Assembly: GCA_031459625.1 (NCBI GenBank)
Contig: JAVKIH010000002.1
Location: 188,051 to 252,050, forward strand
DNA: 64,000 nt
Reading direction: 5' to 3'
Source: Candidatus Geohabitans tengchongensis
GTDB lineage: Bacteria > Sysuimicrobiota > Sysuimicrobiia > Sysuimicrobiales > Humicultoraceae
Positions 29,594 to 38,932 of the stretch are shown in pieces. The position numbers and the translations under genes are program-made. Positions within the stretch are counted from its first letter, which is position 1; each line of letters begins with the position of its first letter. Below the pieces are notes generated by a model. The model ran no database searches. It was given only the letters and a program-made list of their open reading frames with translations, and was not told the origin of the DNA.

Positions 29594-31149
29594 TCGACCT
29601 GCAGGTGCTCACGACCGACCCCCGACGCCACGCCTGCGAGGCGCTGGTGGTGGGCGTCTTCGCCGGTGTGCGGGAGCTGGGGGGTGCGGCCGCGCACCTG
29701 GACCGCGCGCTGGGCGGCGAGCTGCGGCGCACGCTCGACGAGGAGGCGTTCTCCGCCCGTCCCGGCGAGACGGCGGTGATCCACACCCAGGGCCGCATCG
29801 CCCCCCGGCGCCTGATCGTGGCCGGGCTGGGGCCGGGGCCCGAGCTGGAGGGGGAGCGGGTGCGGACGGCTGCGGCCGCGGCCGTCCGCCGGGCCCAGGA
29901 CCTCCACCTGCAGCACCTGGCCTTCGCGCCCCTGCCGGCGCCGGCCGACCGTCTGGCCGCTCTCACCCAGGCGCGGGTGGAGGGGATCCTGCTCGGCGCC
30001 TACCGCTTCACCCGCTACCTGAACGCACCGCCTCGGCCGGTGCGGCGTGCGGACATCCTGGCCGCCGACCGGGAGGATCGCGAGGCGGTGGAGCAAGGGG
30101 TGGCCTGGGGGCGCCTCTTCGCCGAGGCGACGGTCTTCGCCCGCGACCTGGTGAACGAGCCGCCCAGCGACCTCACCCCGGCGCGCTTCGCCGACCTGGC
30201 TGCCAGCCGCGCCCGCGAGCGCGGACTGGGCGTCGAAGTACTGGGACCCGACGCGATGGCGCGCCTGGGGATGGGAGGAATCCTCGGGGTGGCCCGGGGG
30301 AGCCGCGAGGAGCCCCGCCTGGTCGTCCTGACCTACGCTCCGCAGGGCGCGGGACGCACGGTGGCCCTCGTGGGCAAGGGCCTGACCTTCGACAGCGGCG
30401 GGCTCGACCTCAAGACGGCCGAGCAGATGCAGACGATGAAGTCCGACATGGCGGGGGCTGCCGCCGTGCTGGCCACGATGACCGCGCTCCCCGCGCTCGC
30501 CCCGCGGGTGCGGGTGCTGGGCCTGCTCGGGCTGGCCGAGAACATGCCGGGCCCGGGGGCGATGAAGCCGGGCGACATCCTGCGGATCATGAACGGCAGG
30601 ACGGTGGAGATCACCAACACCGACGCGGAGGGGCGGCTGGTCCTGGCCGACGCCCTGGCCTACGCCGCGGAGCGGGCGGACGTGCTCATCGACGTCGCCA
30701 CCCTCACCGGCGGAGCCCACGTCGCCCTGGGCCCGTTCGCCGCTGCGCTGCTCGGCACTGATGCCGGGCTGATGGAGGCGCTGCGCGCGGCCGGCGACGC
30801 CGCCGGGGAGCGGCTCTGGCCGCTGCCGCTGTACGAGGAGTACACCGAGGCGATGCGCGGCCGTGTTGCCGACCTGCGCAACTCGGCGGGACGCTACGGT
30901 TCGGCGGAGAAGGCGGCGGCGTTCCTGCGCGAGTTCACCGCTGGCCGCCCCTGGGCCCACCTGGACATCGCCCCGGTGGCCTTCCTGGAGAGCGAGGAAG
31001 GGACGGGTCCGTACCGCCCGCGCGATTGCGCCACCGGCTTCGGGGTGCGCACCTTCCTTCACTACTTGGCGCGCCTGGAGACCGGACCGCAGCGGCCGGG
31101 ACGCGCGGCACCGCGCCCGCGCATCAGGAAGCCGCTGCGGGCCGCGTAA
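29590..31149 (+). CDS. pepA: leucyl aminopeptidase (M17)
   Basis: VGKGLTFDSGG, MKSDMAGAA, NTDAEGRLVLAD, ATLTG, WAHLDIA. Confidence 0.95.
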   Translation: MIDLQVLTTDPRRHACEALVVGVFAGVRELGGAAAHLDRALGGELRRTLDEEAFSARPGETAVIHTQGRIAPRRLIVAGLGPGPELEGERVRTAAAAAVRRAQDLHLQHLAFAPLPAPADRLAALTQARVEGILLGAYRFTRYLNAPPRPVRRADILAADREDREAVEQGVAWGRLFAEATVFARDLVNEPPSDLTPARFADLAASRARERGLGVEVLGPDAMARLGMGGILGVARGSREEPRLVVLTYAPQGAGRTVALVGKGLTFDSGGLDLKTAEQMQTMKSDMAGAAAVLATMTALPALAPRVRVLGLLGLAENMPGPGAMKPGDILRIMNGRTVEITNTDAEGRLVLADALAYAAERADVLIDVATLTGGAHVALGPFAAALLGTDAGLMEALRAAGDAAGERLWPLPLYEEYTEAMRGRVADLRNSAGRYGSAEKAAAFLREFTAGRPWAHLDIAPVAFLESEEGTGPYRPRDCATGFGVRTFLHYLARLETGPQRPGRAAPRPRIRKPLRAA

Positions 31150-31201
31150 AGCGCGCCGGGCCGCCTGGGGGGCGCGCCCGACCGCCTGGGCGCGCGGAGT
31201 C

Positions 31202-31867
31202 CTATCCCTGGTGGGCCAGGACCCAGACCGCCCGCTGCGGCGGCAGGTCGGCCGGGCGGATCGTCGCCGTGTGGCCGCGGTGGGCGACATTGGGCTTCCC
31301 GCTGAGGAAGGGGTCCACCGGGCCGATGGGCCACCCCGCCGTGGCCGGCGTCTTGTAGTGCATGGGGATGACCAGGCGCGGGGCCAGCAGCTCCACGACC
31401 TGCGAGGCCTCCTCCGGGCCGATGGTGTAGTGGCCGCCGACCGGGACCATCAGGACGTCTGGGCGACCGATGGCCCCGGCCTGGTCGGCATCGAGGGTGT
31501 GCCCCAGGTCGCCGAGGTGGACGACGCGCATTCCCTCGACCTCGTAGATGAAGACCGCGTTGCGGCCGCGCTCCGCGCCGCGGCTGGCGTCGTGGTAGGT
31601 CGGGACCGTGGTGATGCGCACCTCCCCCACCGCCGTGTTCACCCGGGCCCAGTCGCCGCCGGGAGCGAGGCCGCGGATCACCGTGGGCGACCCCTTGGCC
31701 ATGGCCACGTGGTTGTGGTCGAAGTGCTCGTGGGAGACGGTGACGGCCGTGGGCGCGACGTCGGGGATGGGGTAGCCGCACTCCGTGTTGAACGGGTCGA
31801 TGAGGATGGAGGTCCCGTCCGCCGCGGACAGGAGGAAGCAGGCATGGCCGTAGTAGGTCAATTCCAC
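31202..31867 (-). CDS. MBL-fold metallo-hydrolase (COG2220-like)
   Basis: YYGHACF, IDP, SHEHFDHN, HLGDLG, PVGG, IPMHY; RBS GGAGGTGA. Confidence 0.9.
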   Translation of the reverse strand: MELTYYGHACFLLSAADGTSILIDPFNTECGYPIPDVAPTAVTVSHEHFDHNHVAMAKGSPTVIRGLAPGGDWARVNTAVGEVRITTVPTYHDASRGAERGRNAVFIYEVEGMRVVHLGDLGHTLDADQAGAIGRPDVLMVPVGGHYTIGPEEASQVVELLAPRLVIPMHYKTPATAGWPIGPVDPFLSGKPNVAHRGHTATIRPADLPPQRAVWVLAHQG

Positions 31868-31969
31868 CCGGATCACCTCCTGCGCCGCCGCCCCGGGCCG
31901 TGCCGCCACCGGACCGGCCCGGGCGTGCGCGTGCTGTCGCTGTGGACACTCCTATGGTAGGGCGGTAGC

Positions 31970-33697
31970 GTGCGCCGCACCACCCGCACCGCGGAGGACC
32001 TGCGGGCGCTCGCCGCCGTGGCGCGGGGCGAGGCGCCGGCCGACCTCTACCTGGCCGGCGGCCGCGTCCTCAACGTCTACTCGGGCGAGGTGCTGGAGGC
32101 CAACGTCGCCGTGGCGCGCGGGCGCGTGGCCTACGTGGGTCGGCGGCGCACGATGGTGGGCGAGCAGACCACCGTCCTCGACGTGACCGGCCGCCTCCTC
32201 GTCCCCGGCTACTTCGACCCGCACTGCCACCCGGGCGCCATGTACACGCCGGTGACGCTGGCGGAAGCGGTGCTGCCGCGCGGCACCGTGGCGGCCGTGG
32301 CCGACACCCTCTTCCCCCTGGTCTACGCCGACCCGGCCCGCCTGGAGCAGGTGCTGCAGGACCTGAGCCGCCTGCCCTTCCACTACTACTGGTTCCTGCG
32401 CCTGCACGCCCAGGCTCCGCTGCCGCAGGAGGCGGAGCGCTTCGCTCCGGACCGCCTCGATCGCCTGCTCCACCTGGAACCGGTGCGCACCGCCGGGGAG
32501 GTGACGCGGTGGCCCCTCCTCCATGCGGGCGATCCGCGCCTCACCGAGCTCGTGGCGGCCGTGCTGGCCGCGGGCCGCCGCGTCGAAGGCCACGCCCCCG
32601 GCGTGGGGTGGGAACGGCTGCAGGCCCTCGTCGCCGCAGGGGTGAGCAGCGACCACGAGGCCATTACCGCCGAACAGGCGCTGGACCGGCTGCGCGCCGG
32701 CCTGTACGTCATGCTGCGCCACTCCTCCCTGCGCGGGGACCTGCCCGCGCTGGCGGGGGTGGCGTCCGTCGCGCGCGCCTTCTCCGGCCGGCTGATGCTG
32801 ACGCCGGACGGGCCGGACGCCACCTTCATCGCCGACCACGGCTACATGGACGCCGTGATCCGCCAGGCGCTGCTCGCCGGCGTCGACCCGGTGGCCGCCT
32901 ACCAGATGGCCACCCTCAACCCGGCCACGTACTACGGCCTCGACGAGGAGCTGGGCGGGATCGCCCCCGGCCGTCTGGCCGACCTGAACGTGCTGGTGGA
33001 CCTGCGCGACCCCACTCCCGAGCGGGTGATCGCCGGCGGGCGGCTGGTGGCCGAGGAGGGCCGCCTCACCGCCCCGATCGAGGCCCCGGAGTGGGTCAGC
33101 GCCTTCCCCCGCCGCTACGCCCCCACCTGGCGCCCCGACCCGTCACTCTTCGCCCCGCCGCGCGGCGCGGCCATCGCCCTCCACCTGCAGAACGCGGTGA
33201 TCACCCGGCGGCGGGACCTCACCCTGTCGGACGGACCGCCACCAGGCGTGCAGGTGCTGACCCTCCTCGCCCCGGACGGGCGGTGGGTGGCGCGCGCCCT
33301 CCTCAGCGGCTTCGCTGACCGCCTGGGGGGCCTGGCCTGCACCTACACGGTGGGCGGGGGGATGGCGGTCGCCGGCGACGATCCGCACGACATGGCGGCC
33401 GCCGCCCGGCGGACGCTGGAGCTGGGGGGCGGGGTGGTGGCGGTGGAGGACGGGCAGGTGCGGTTCGAGCTCCCCCTGCCCATCGGCGGGTTGATGTCCC
33501 CCGAGCCCCTCCACCGGCTGGCCGCCCGGGTGCGAGAGCTGGGCGCCTTCCTGCGGGCCCGCGGCTACCGCCACGAGGACCCGACCTACACCCTCTTCTT
33601 CCTCTCCTTCGACTCCCTGCCCGACCTGCGCCTCACCGCTCTGGGGATCTGGGACGCCCGCGCCGGCAGGGTCCTGGTTCCCCGCGAGGAGCGCTGA
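31970..33697 (+). CDS. adenine deaminase family amidohydrolase, YerA-like subgroup
   Basis: VLNVYSGE, PGYFDPHCHP, EGHAPG, SDHE, TPDG, ATLNPA, LPIGGLMS. Confidence 0.85.
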   Translation: MRRTTRTAEDLRALAAVARGEAPADLYLAGGRVLNVYSGEVLEANVAVARGRVAYVGRRRTMVGEQTTVLDVTGRLLVPGYFDPHCHPGAMYTPVTLAEAVLPRGTVAAVADTLFPLVYADPARLEQVLQDLSRLPFHYYWFLRLHAQAPLPQEAERFAPDRLDRLLHLEPVRTAGEVTRWPLLHAGDPRLTELVAAVLAAGRRVEGHAPGVGWERLQALVAAGVSSDHEAITAEQALDRLRAGLYVMLRHSSLRGDLPALAGVASVARAFSGRLMLTPDGPDATFIADHGYMDAVIRQALLAGVDPVAAYQMATLNPATYYGLDEELGGIAPGRLADLNVLVDLRDPTPERVIAGGRLVAEEGRLTAPIEAPEWVSAFPRRYAPTWRPDPSLFAPPRGAAIALHLQNAVITRRRDLTLSDGPPPGVQVLTLLAPDGRWVARALLSGFADRLGGLACTYTVGGGMAVAGDDPHDMAAAARRTLELGGGVVAVEDGQVRFELPLPIGGLMSPEPLHRLAARVRELGAFLRARGYRHEDPTYTLFFLSFDSLPDLRLTALGIWDARAGRVLVPREER

Positions 33698-33891
33698 CCG
33701 CCGCCGCAAGCCGCCTCCTCTTCATCATCGTCCTCCTCCACCTGCAGACCGTCCCGCCCTGGGACGCGGGCGAGCTCGTGCGCCGGCTGGACGCTCTCCT
33801 CCGTGCCCATCCGGAGGAGGATGCGCTGACGGACTCCTGTGCTGTTCCTTCCGTGATGTGCTCCGCGCTTTCAGGAGACTCACCGTGAGGG

Positions 33892-34332
33892 TCAGCCGGC
33901 CTTTGTGCGGAGGTAGGCGAGGACGCGGTCGGCGTCGCGGAGGGGGTTGACGCGCCTCCAGATCTGCTCCACGCGCGCCTCGCGGTTGACGAGGACCGTA
34001 TCGCGGCTGAGGATTCCGAGGAATCGCCGGACGCCGTACGCGCGCGCCAGCGCTCCCTGCGGATCGGGCACCATCGTGAGGCCCGTGCGCTCCGCGAAGC
34101 CGCACTGGGCCTCCGCGCGGTCCGGACTCACGCCCACCACCGTCGCGCCAAGCCGCCGGAACTGGTCCGCGAGCGCCGCGTACCTGCGGGCCTGCAGGGA
34201 GCAACCCGGCGAGCCGGCCTTGGGGTAGAAGAACAGCACGAGCCATCCCGTCTGAGCGCGCTCCCTCAGGTCCAGCTCGTGGCCGACGGAGTCCCGCACC
34301 TGGGGCAGTGGAGCCGGATCGCCCTCGCGCAC
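33892..34332 (-). CDS. peroxiredoxin, BCP/PrxQ family
   Basis: FFYPKAGSPGC, VVGVSPD; TATAAT 6 nt before GTG. Confidence 0.88.
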   Translation of the reverse strand: MREGDPAPLPQVRDSVGHELDLRERAQTGWLVLFFYPKAGSPGCSLQARRYAALADQFRRLGATVVGVSPDRAEAQCGFAERTGLTMVPDPQGALARAYGVRRFLGILSRDTVLVNREARVEQIWRRVNPLRDADRVLAYLRTKAG

Positions 34333-34479
34333 ACCCCGATTATAGGCGGAGTCGCCGACGGCCCCCGGGGTCGCGCAGCGCGGCCTGAGGCATGCGCATC
34401 CGCCGCCGCAGCGGCGAGGGAGCGCATCCCGGCGGTACAATACAGGTGATCCGCGACGCAGCGAAGGAGGCGGGAGACC

Positions 34480-34932
34480 ATGCCGAAGTTCGTGCACGTC
34501 GAGATCCCGGCCGTGGACCTGCGCCGGGCGAAGGCCTTCTACGGCAAGCTCTTCGGCTGGTCGTTCCGGGATTTCGACCGTGACTACACGCTGATCCTGG
34601 ACGGCGGCGAGACGATCGGCGGCATCTACCGCGTCCGGCGGGCCATCCCCCGGCCGGACCGCCGGCGGCCGCAGACGCGGGCCTACGTGGCGGTGGAGGA
34701 CATCGACACGACGCTCAAGGCGATCCGCCGCGCCCGCGGCACCATCGTCGAGGAGAAGCAGGAGGTCCCGGGGATGGGATGGTGGGCCGGTTTCGCCGAT
34801 CCCCAGGGCGCCGTGCTCTACCTCTGGCAGCGCATGCCGCAGCGCGACGAGGCCGGTCGCCCGGCCACGGCGATGAACCTGGAGGAGGAGGGGCGCGAGG
34901 TCTCGCGGGAGGCGCAGCTGGTCAAGGGCTGA
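34480..34932 (+). CDS. VOC/glyoxalase family protein
   Basis: HVEIPA...AKAFYGKLFGW, YVAVEDI, FADPQG; RBS AAGGAGG. Confidence 0.9.
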   Translation: MPKFVHVEIPAVDLRRAKAFYGKLFGWSFRDFDRDYTLILDGGETIGGIYRVRRAIPRPDRRRPQTRAYVAVEDIDTTLKAIRRARGTIVEEKQEVPGMGWWAGFADPQGAVLYLWQRMPQRDEAGRPATAMNLEEEGREVSREAQLVKG

Positions 34933-35006
34933 GTCCTGCGCCGGGTCCACGAAGCCCCGCGCCGCCGCATAGCGACCGCGCGGCACTCACCGGTGCCTCT
35001 CGGCGC

Positions 35007-35978
35007 TCACCGGTGTACTTCGAGAATGTCGCCGTCCTCGAGGAGGTGGTCGCGACCGACCATCTGGCCGGCGTACTCGTCCCGGCCCCACAGCCGCGCG
35101 TAGCGCAGCTGCGCGGCAAAGTCCTTGTGGATCGCCTCGGCGGCGTCCAGCACCGTGGCCCCCCGCCGCAGGATGAACGGGGCGCTCAAGTCGGCCTTGC
35201 GGCCCGGCGGCTTGCTGTAGACCCGGATCACCCCCAGGCTCTCGAAGAGGGCGCGGCGCAGGGCCTCGAGCCCCTCCCCTGTGACGGGGGAGACTGCCAC
35301 CACCGGCAGGCGCCCCCCCACGAACTCCCGCAGGAGGTCGAGGCGGACCGCCGCCCCGGGGGCGTCGACGTGGGTGGCGACGGTCACGGCGGACTTCCCC
35401 TCGTCCGTCGCCTGCGGCGCGCGCAGGGGGATGCGGGCCTCCTCCAGCAGCCGGAGCGCCGTCTCGGCCTGCCCCAGCACGTCCTCGTCCCCGAGGCTCA
35501 GGGTGAGCGCGACCGCGTCCGCCGTGCGGATGATGGCGTACAGCCACCCCTCGCTGAACTCCCGGGTGAGCGGCGGCAGGTCGACGAGCTGGATCTGCAC
35601 GTTCTCGAAGGGGACCATGCCCGGCAGCGGCATGCGCGTGGTGAAGGGGTACGGCGCCACCTCGGGCTCGGCGCGGCTGAGGGCGCGCAGGAGGGCCGAC
35701 TTCCCGCTGTTCGGCGGGCCGACGAGCACCACCTGACCGGCCCCCTCGCGTTCGACGTGGTAGAAGGGCTTCTGGCGGGCGGTGCCCCCCTTGCGCTGCA
35801 TCTCCCGGCGGACCTGCGCGATGCGGCGCTTGATGTCCGCCTGCATCTTGTCCGTCCCCTTGTGCTTGGGGATGGTGGCGAGCATCTCCTGGAGGGCGGC
35901 CAGGCGGTCCTGCGGCGTCGTCGCCGCCTTCCACTTCTTCTCCGCCGCCAGGTACTCGGGGGTCAGGTTTGCCGGCAT
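35007..35978 (-). CDS. DRG/Rbg-like OBG-family GTPase with C-terminal TGS domain
   Basis: MPANLTPEY, PKHKGTD, GPPNSGKS, YPFTT, IRVYSK, IHKDF, GQMVGRDHLLEDGD. Confidence 0.88.
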   Translation of the reverse strand: MPANLTPEYLAAEKKWKAATTPQDRLAALQEMLATIPKHKGTDKMQADIKRRIAQVRREMQRKGGTARQKPFYHVEREGAGQVVLVGPPNSGKSALLRALSRAEPEVAPYPFTTRMPLPGMVPFENVQIQLVDLPPLTREFSEGWLYAIIRTADAVALTLSLGDEDVLGQAETALRLLEEARIPLRAPQATDEGKSAVTVATHVDAPGAAVRLDLLREFVGGRLPVVAVSPVTGEGLEALRRALFESLGVIRVYSKPPGRKADLSAPFILRRGATVLDAAEAIHKDFAAQLRYARLWGRDEYAGQMVGRDHLLEDGDILEVHR

Positions 35979-36309
35979 CGTGCCATCCCGCTCAGCACCG
36001 AGCGATCACGCCGCCCGTAGCCGCCGGCCGACGGCAGCCCACGCGCGGCCGCTGTTCCCATCTTCGTCGGCCGCACGCTTCCCGGGAAGAGCCCCGCCGT
36101 GACGGACACCCGCCCGGCAAGGCGCGCTCCTGCTGAAGGGATGCCAGCCCGTTGGAGGGATGCGGGCCCCGCGCGGGCGGGCACGCGGCAGGAGCCGCGT
36201 GGAGGCGCAGGGGGGAAGCGTCCGAGCCCGCGCGGGGACCGGCGAGATCGGGGCGCGCCTCGACCCCGGGCGCCGCCGGGGCCCCCGGCGGCGCATCGTC
36301 ACCGGCCGA

Positions 36310-36825
36310 TCAGCCGGTCTGCTGCGAGCCGTGGGCCGGCACGGGCGCGACGACTGTCGAGCCCACGACCACCACCAGCGCCAGGGCCAGCCCGGCGACC
36401 AGAATCGGGACGACCGGCAGCGTCCGGCCCAGGACCGAGTCCACCGCGTAGGCGCCGGGACCGGTGAGCGCCACGCCCGTCACCACCGTCAGGTTGGCCA
36501 GGGCGTACTCCCAGCCGCCGTTCGCCACCCACGGCCCGCGGCCCCAGTGCGCCCGGGCGATGGCCATGAGCATGACGGCGCCGATCAGTACCGAGCCCAC
36601 CGGGTTGAGGAGCCCGAGGGCGAAGAGCGCCCCGCCGAGCGTCTCACAGAGCCCGGCCACGAGCGCCCAGAGGCGCCCGGGGCGCAGCCCCAGCGACTCC
36701 ATGTAGCCTGCCGTCCCGGCGAGCCCGTACCCGCCGACCCAGCGGGTGAGCTTTTGCAGCCCGTGTCCCATGAACAGTCCCCCGATCACGACACGGATCA
36801 TGACGAGACCGAGGTCAGCCGGCAT
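36310..36825 (-). CDS. DoxX family membrane protein
   Basis: FMGHGLQKL, E..GG, NGGWEY, GPGAYAVD. Confidence 0.9.
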   Translation of the reverse strand: MPADLGLVMIRVVIGGLFMGHGLQKLTRWVGGYGLAGTAGYMESLGLRPGRLWALVAGLCETLGGALFALGLLNPVGSVLIGAVMLMAIARAHWGRGPWVANGGWEYALANLTVVTGVALTGPGAYAVDSVLGRTLPVVPILVAGLALALVVVVGSTVVAPVPAHGSQQTG

Positions 36826-36989
36826 CGCCTCCCACCTCCTTCGCTGTCCTCAGTTGTCGTCCGGACAACGCCCCCCTGGGGAGGGGCAGCGGCGCGACGG
36901 GGGTAGCGCCCGGGGCGGGTGCACTCCCCGCCGCACCGCTCCACAGACCGGGCGCGCCCTGACGCGCGCCGGCCCACCCGTCGCGTCCG

Positions 36990-37421
36990 TCAGGCGCGCA
37001 CCAGCTCCACCGGGACCTTCTTGGGCAGCGCCGCCTGGACCACCGGGATGGTGATCTCCAGGATGCCGCCCACCCACCGGGCCTTCACCTGCTCGGCGTC
37101 GAGCCCCTCGGGCAGCTCCAGGGTCCGCTCGAAGCGCCCGTAGGCGATCTCCCCGAAGATGCGGTCGTCGGCCGGCACCTCCGGCCCGCGCCGCTCACCG
37201 GCGATGGTGAGCGTCGAGCCGGTCAGCCGGACGTCCACGCTCGTCGGGTCGACGCCCGCCAGCTCCGCCCGGACCACCAGGTGCCCGTCCCTGTAGAAGG
37301 CCTCGCAGTTCGGAGCGAACGCCACCGCCTCCGACCGCTCGCCGAAGACCCGCTGGACCAGGTTCATCAGGTCCCGCTGGAGCCGAAACAGCTCCTCGAA
37401 CGGCGTGCGCCGGACCAGCAT
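36990..37421 (-). CDS. Hsp20/alpha-crystallin small heat shock protein
   Basis: AELAGVDP, LTIAGER, YGRFERTLELP, GILEITIP; RBS AAAGGAGGTGA. Confidence 0.92.
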   Translation of the reverse strand: MLVRRTPFEELFRLQRDLMNLVQRVFGERSEAVAFAPNCEAFYRDGHLVVRAELAGVDPTSVDVRLTGSTLTIAGERRGPEVPADDRIFGEIAYGRFERTLELPEGLDAEQVKARWVGGILEITIPVVQAALPKKVPVELVRA

Positions 37422-37584
37422 CGTCGTTCACCTCCTTTCCTGCGTTGGGTGACCGGCCGGGACGCCCGGGGGCAGGAGCCACCCAGGGCCCCGGAGCCTC
37501 CACCCATTCTTAAAAGGGGAACGGGGTCGATATTGTCAAGGGGATTGGCTTAACAGTGCTCGCGGGCGGGCGCGGGGAAAGGGC

Positions 37585-38907
37585 TCAGGCCAGCCCGAAC
37601 TCCTGGAGGAGGTGGCGCTCCACGTCCGCCGCCGCCTCCAGCATGAAGGCCTCGATCTCCTCCGGGGTGCGCGGGGCCGGCCGGTCAGCTGGCGGCGTCC
37701 ACACCCGCGTGGCGTAGAACTCGAGGAAGGGCGAGATCGTCGGGAAGGGGTAGATGACGTAGACCTTCTTGCCGGTCGTGTGGGCGTGGATGACCTCGGA
37801 GAGGACCCCGAACGACATCTGGCTCGTCGGGTAGAAGACGACGTTCACGTCGCTCTGGTCGATCAGGCGCAGGTCGCGCACCACCGTGGCCCGCCCCAGC
37901 AGCAGCCGGGTGCGCTCGTCCAGCCCCTGCGCCCAGGCCCGCGCCTCCTCCAGCGATCCGGCCCAGGCGCGGATCTCCTCCCGCTGCTCCGGGGAGAACT
38001 GGGCGTCGAACTCCTCCGTGCCGATGCGGGCGAAGGCGGCGGCCTCCTCGTCCTTCACCGAGAGCGGGTCGAAGACCACGAAGTGCTCGCGCAGCCGGCG
38101 GGCAAACGCCCGCGCGGCCTCGATGAGGTGCCACAGCCCCTCGCGTCTCAGGTTGGTGATGGGGTAGCCCAGGTAGATGCGGGGCCTTTTAAAGCAGATG
38201 AGGTCGATGAGGGTGCGGGTGGGCTCGTCGTGGGCGATCAGGTAGTGCGGCACCCGCTCGTAGGCGGCCAGCATGCGGGTGAGGAAGACCTCCTGCTCCT
38301 GCCACATGATCAGCTCGCTGGTGGGGAGCTGGCCGCGCCACTGCGCCGTCTCGTGCAGGCGGCGGTGGATCTGGTAGACGCTGTCCACCACGGTGATGTA
38401 GAAGATGCCCTCCGGGCGCACCGGCGGGGCCAGCCGCAGCTCCGGGAGCATCTCCTGGACGGCGGTGGGGGCGGGCTGGGCCGACCGCCGGCGGGTCTCG
38501 TCGACGATGAGCTTCAGGTAGTGGGTGTCGAGGCCCGGGATGAGGTGCCCCTTCCACCAGAAGCAGGCGTGGGTGACCAGGATAGTGGCCACCTCCGGGG
38601 CCCACAGCTCCGGGTCGTTCACCACCTCGGTGAGGACCACGGCGCGCAGCTGCTGCAGGGCCTCCGGGGCCATGTCCAGGATCGTCTCGGTGCTGATGTC
38701 CAGCCCCATGTCCCGCGCCCGCCGCAGCATCAGGTCGCCCACGTCCACCAATCGCAGCCGCTTGATGGGCGAGGTCCAACGCCCCTCCAGCTGGGCGGAC
38801 GCGATCAGGCGCTCGGCGTCCGCCACCACCCGCACCAGGTAGCCCGGGGCGCCGCCGGACTCGCGCACCTTGCCGCTGCCGCTGATGCCGGTGGCGATGA
38901 CGATCAT
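37585..38907 (-). CDS. fusion: archaeal adenylate-kinase-like P-loop domain + nucleoside 2-deoxyribosyltransferase-like domain
   Basis: N-terminal TGISGSGK, VGDLML, VTHA, IPGL; C-terminal IYLGYP, VFDP, RDLRLIDQSD, SFGVLSE, GKKVYV. Confidence 0.75.
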   Translation of the reverse strand: MIVIATGISGSGKVRESGGAPGYLVRVVADAERLIASAQLEGRWTSPIKRLRLVDVGDLMLRRARDMGLDISTETILDMAPEALQQLRAVVLTEVVNDPELWAPEVATILVTHACFWWKGHLIPGLDTHYLKLIVDETRRRSAQPAPTAVQEMLPELRLAPPVRPEGIFYITVVDSVYQIHRRLHETAQWRGQLPTSELIMWQEQEVFLTRMLAAYERVPHYLIAHDEPTRTLIDLICFKRPRIYLGYPITNLRREGLWHLIEAARAFARRLREHFVVFDPLSVKDEEAAAFARIGTEEFDAQFSPEQREEIRAWAGSLEEARAWAQGLDERTRLLLGRATVVRDLRLIDQSDVNVVFYPTSQMSFGVLSEVIHAHTTGKKVYVIYPFPTISPFLEFYATRVWTPPADRPAPRTPEEIEAFMLEAAADVERHLLQEFGLA

Positions 38908-38932
38908 CAGTCCGCCCCGCCCGGGCCGGGCC

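Noticed and set aside
35980..36309. 330-nt intergenic region as an ncRNA or small ORF
   Set aside because: No RBS-supported ORF or RNA-family signature; only a 12-bp inverted repeat (36270-36294), consistent with a doxX terminator.
37505..37562. Possible CIRCE/heat-shock element upstream of hsp20
   Set aside because: Only a partial half-site (AGCACT); TTGACA is present but no -10 at canonical spacing.
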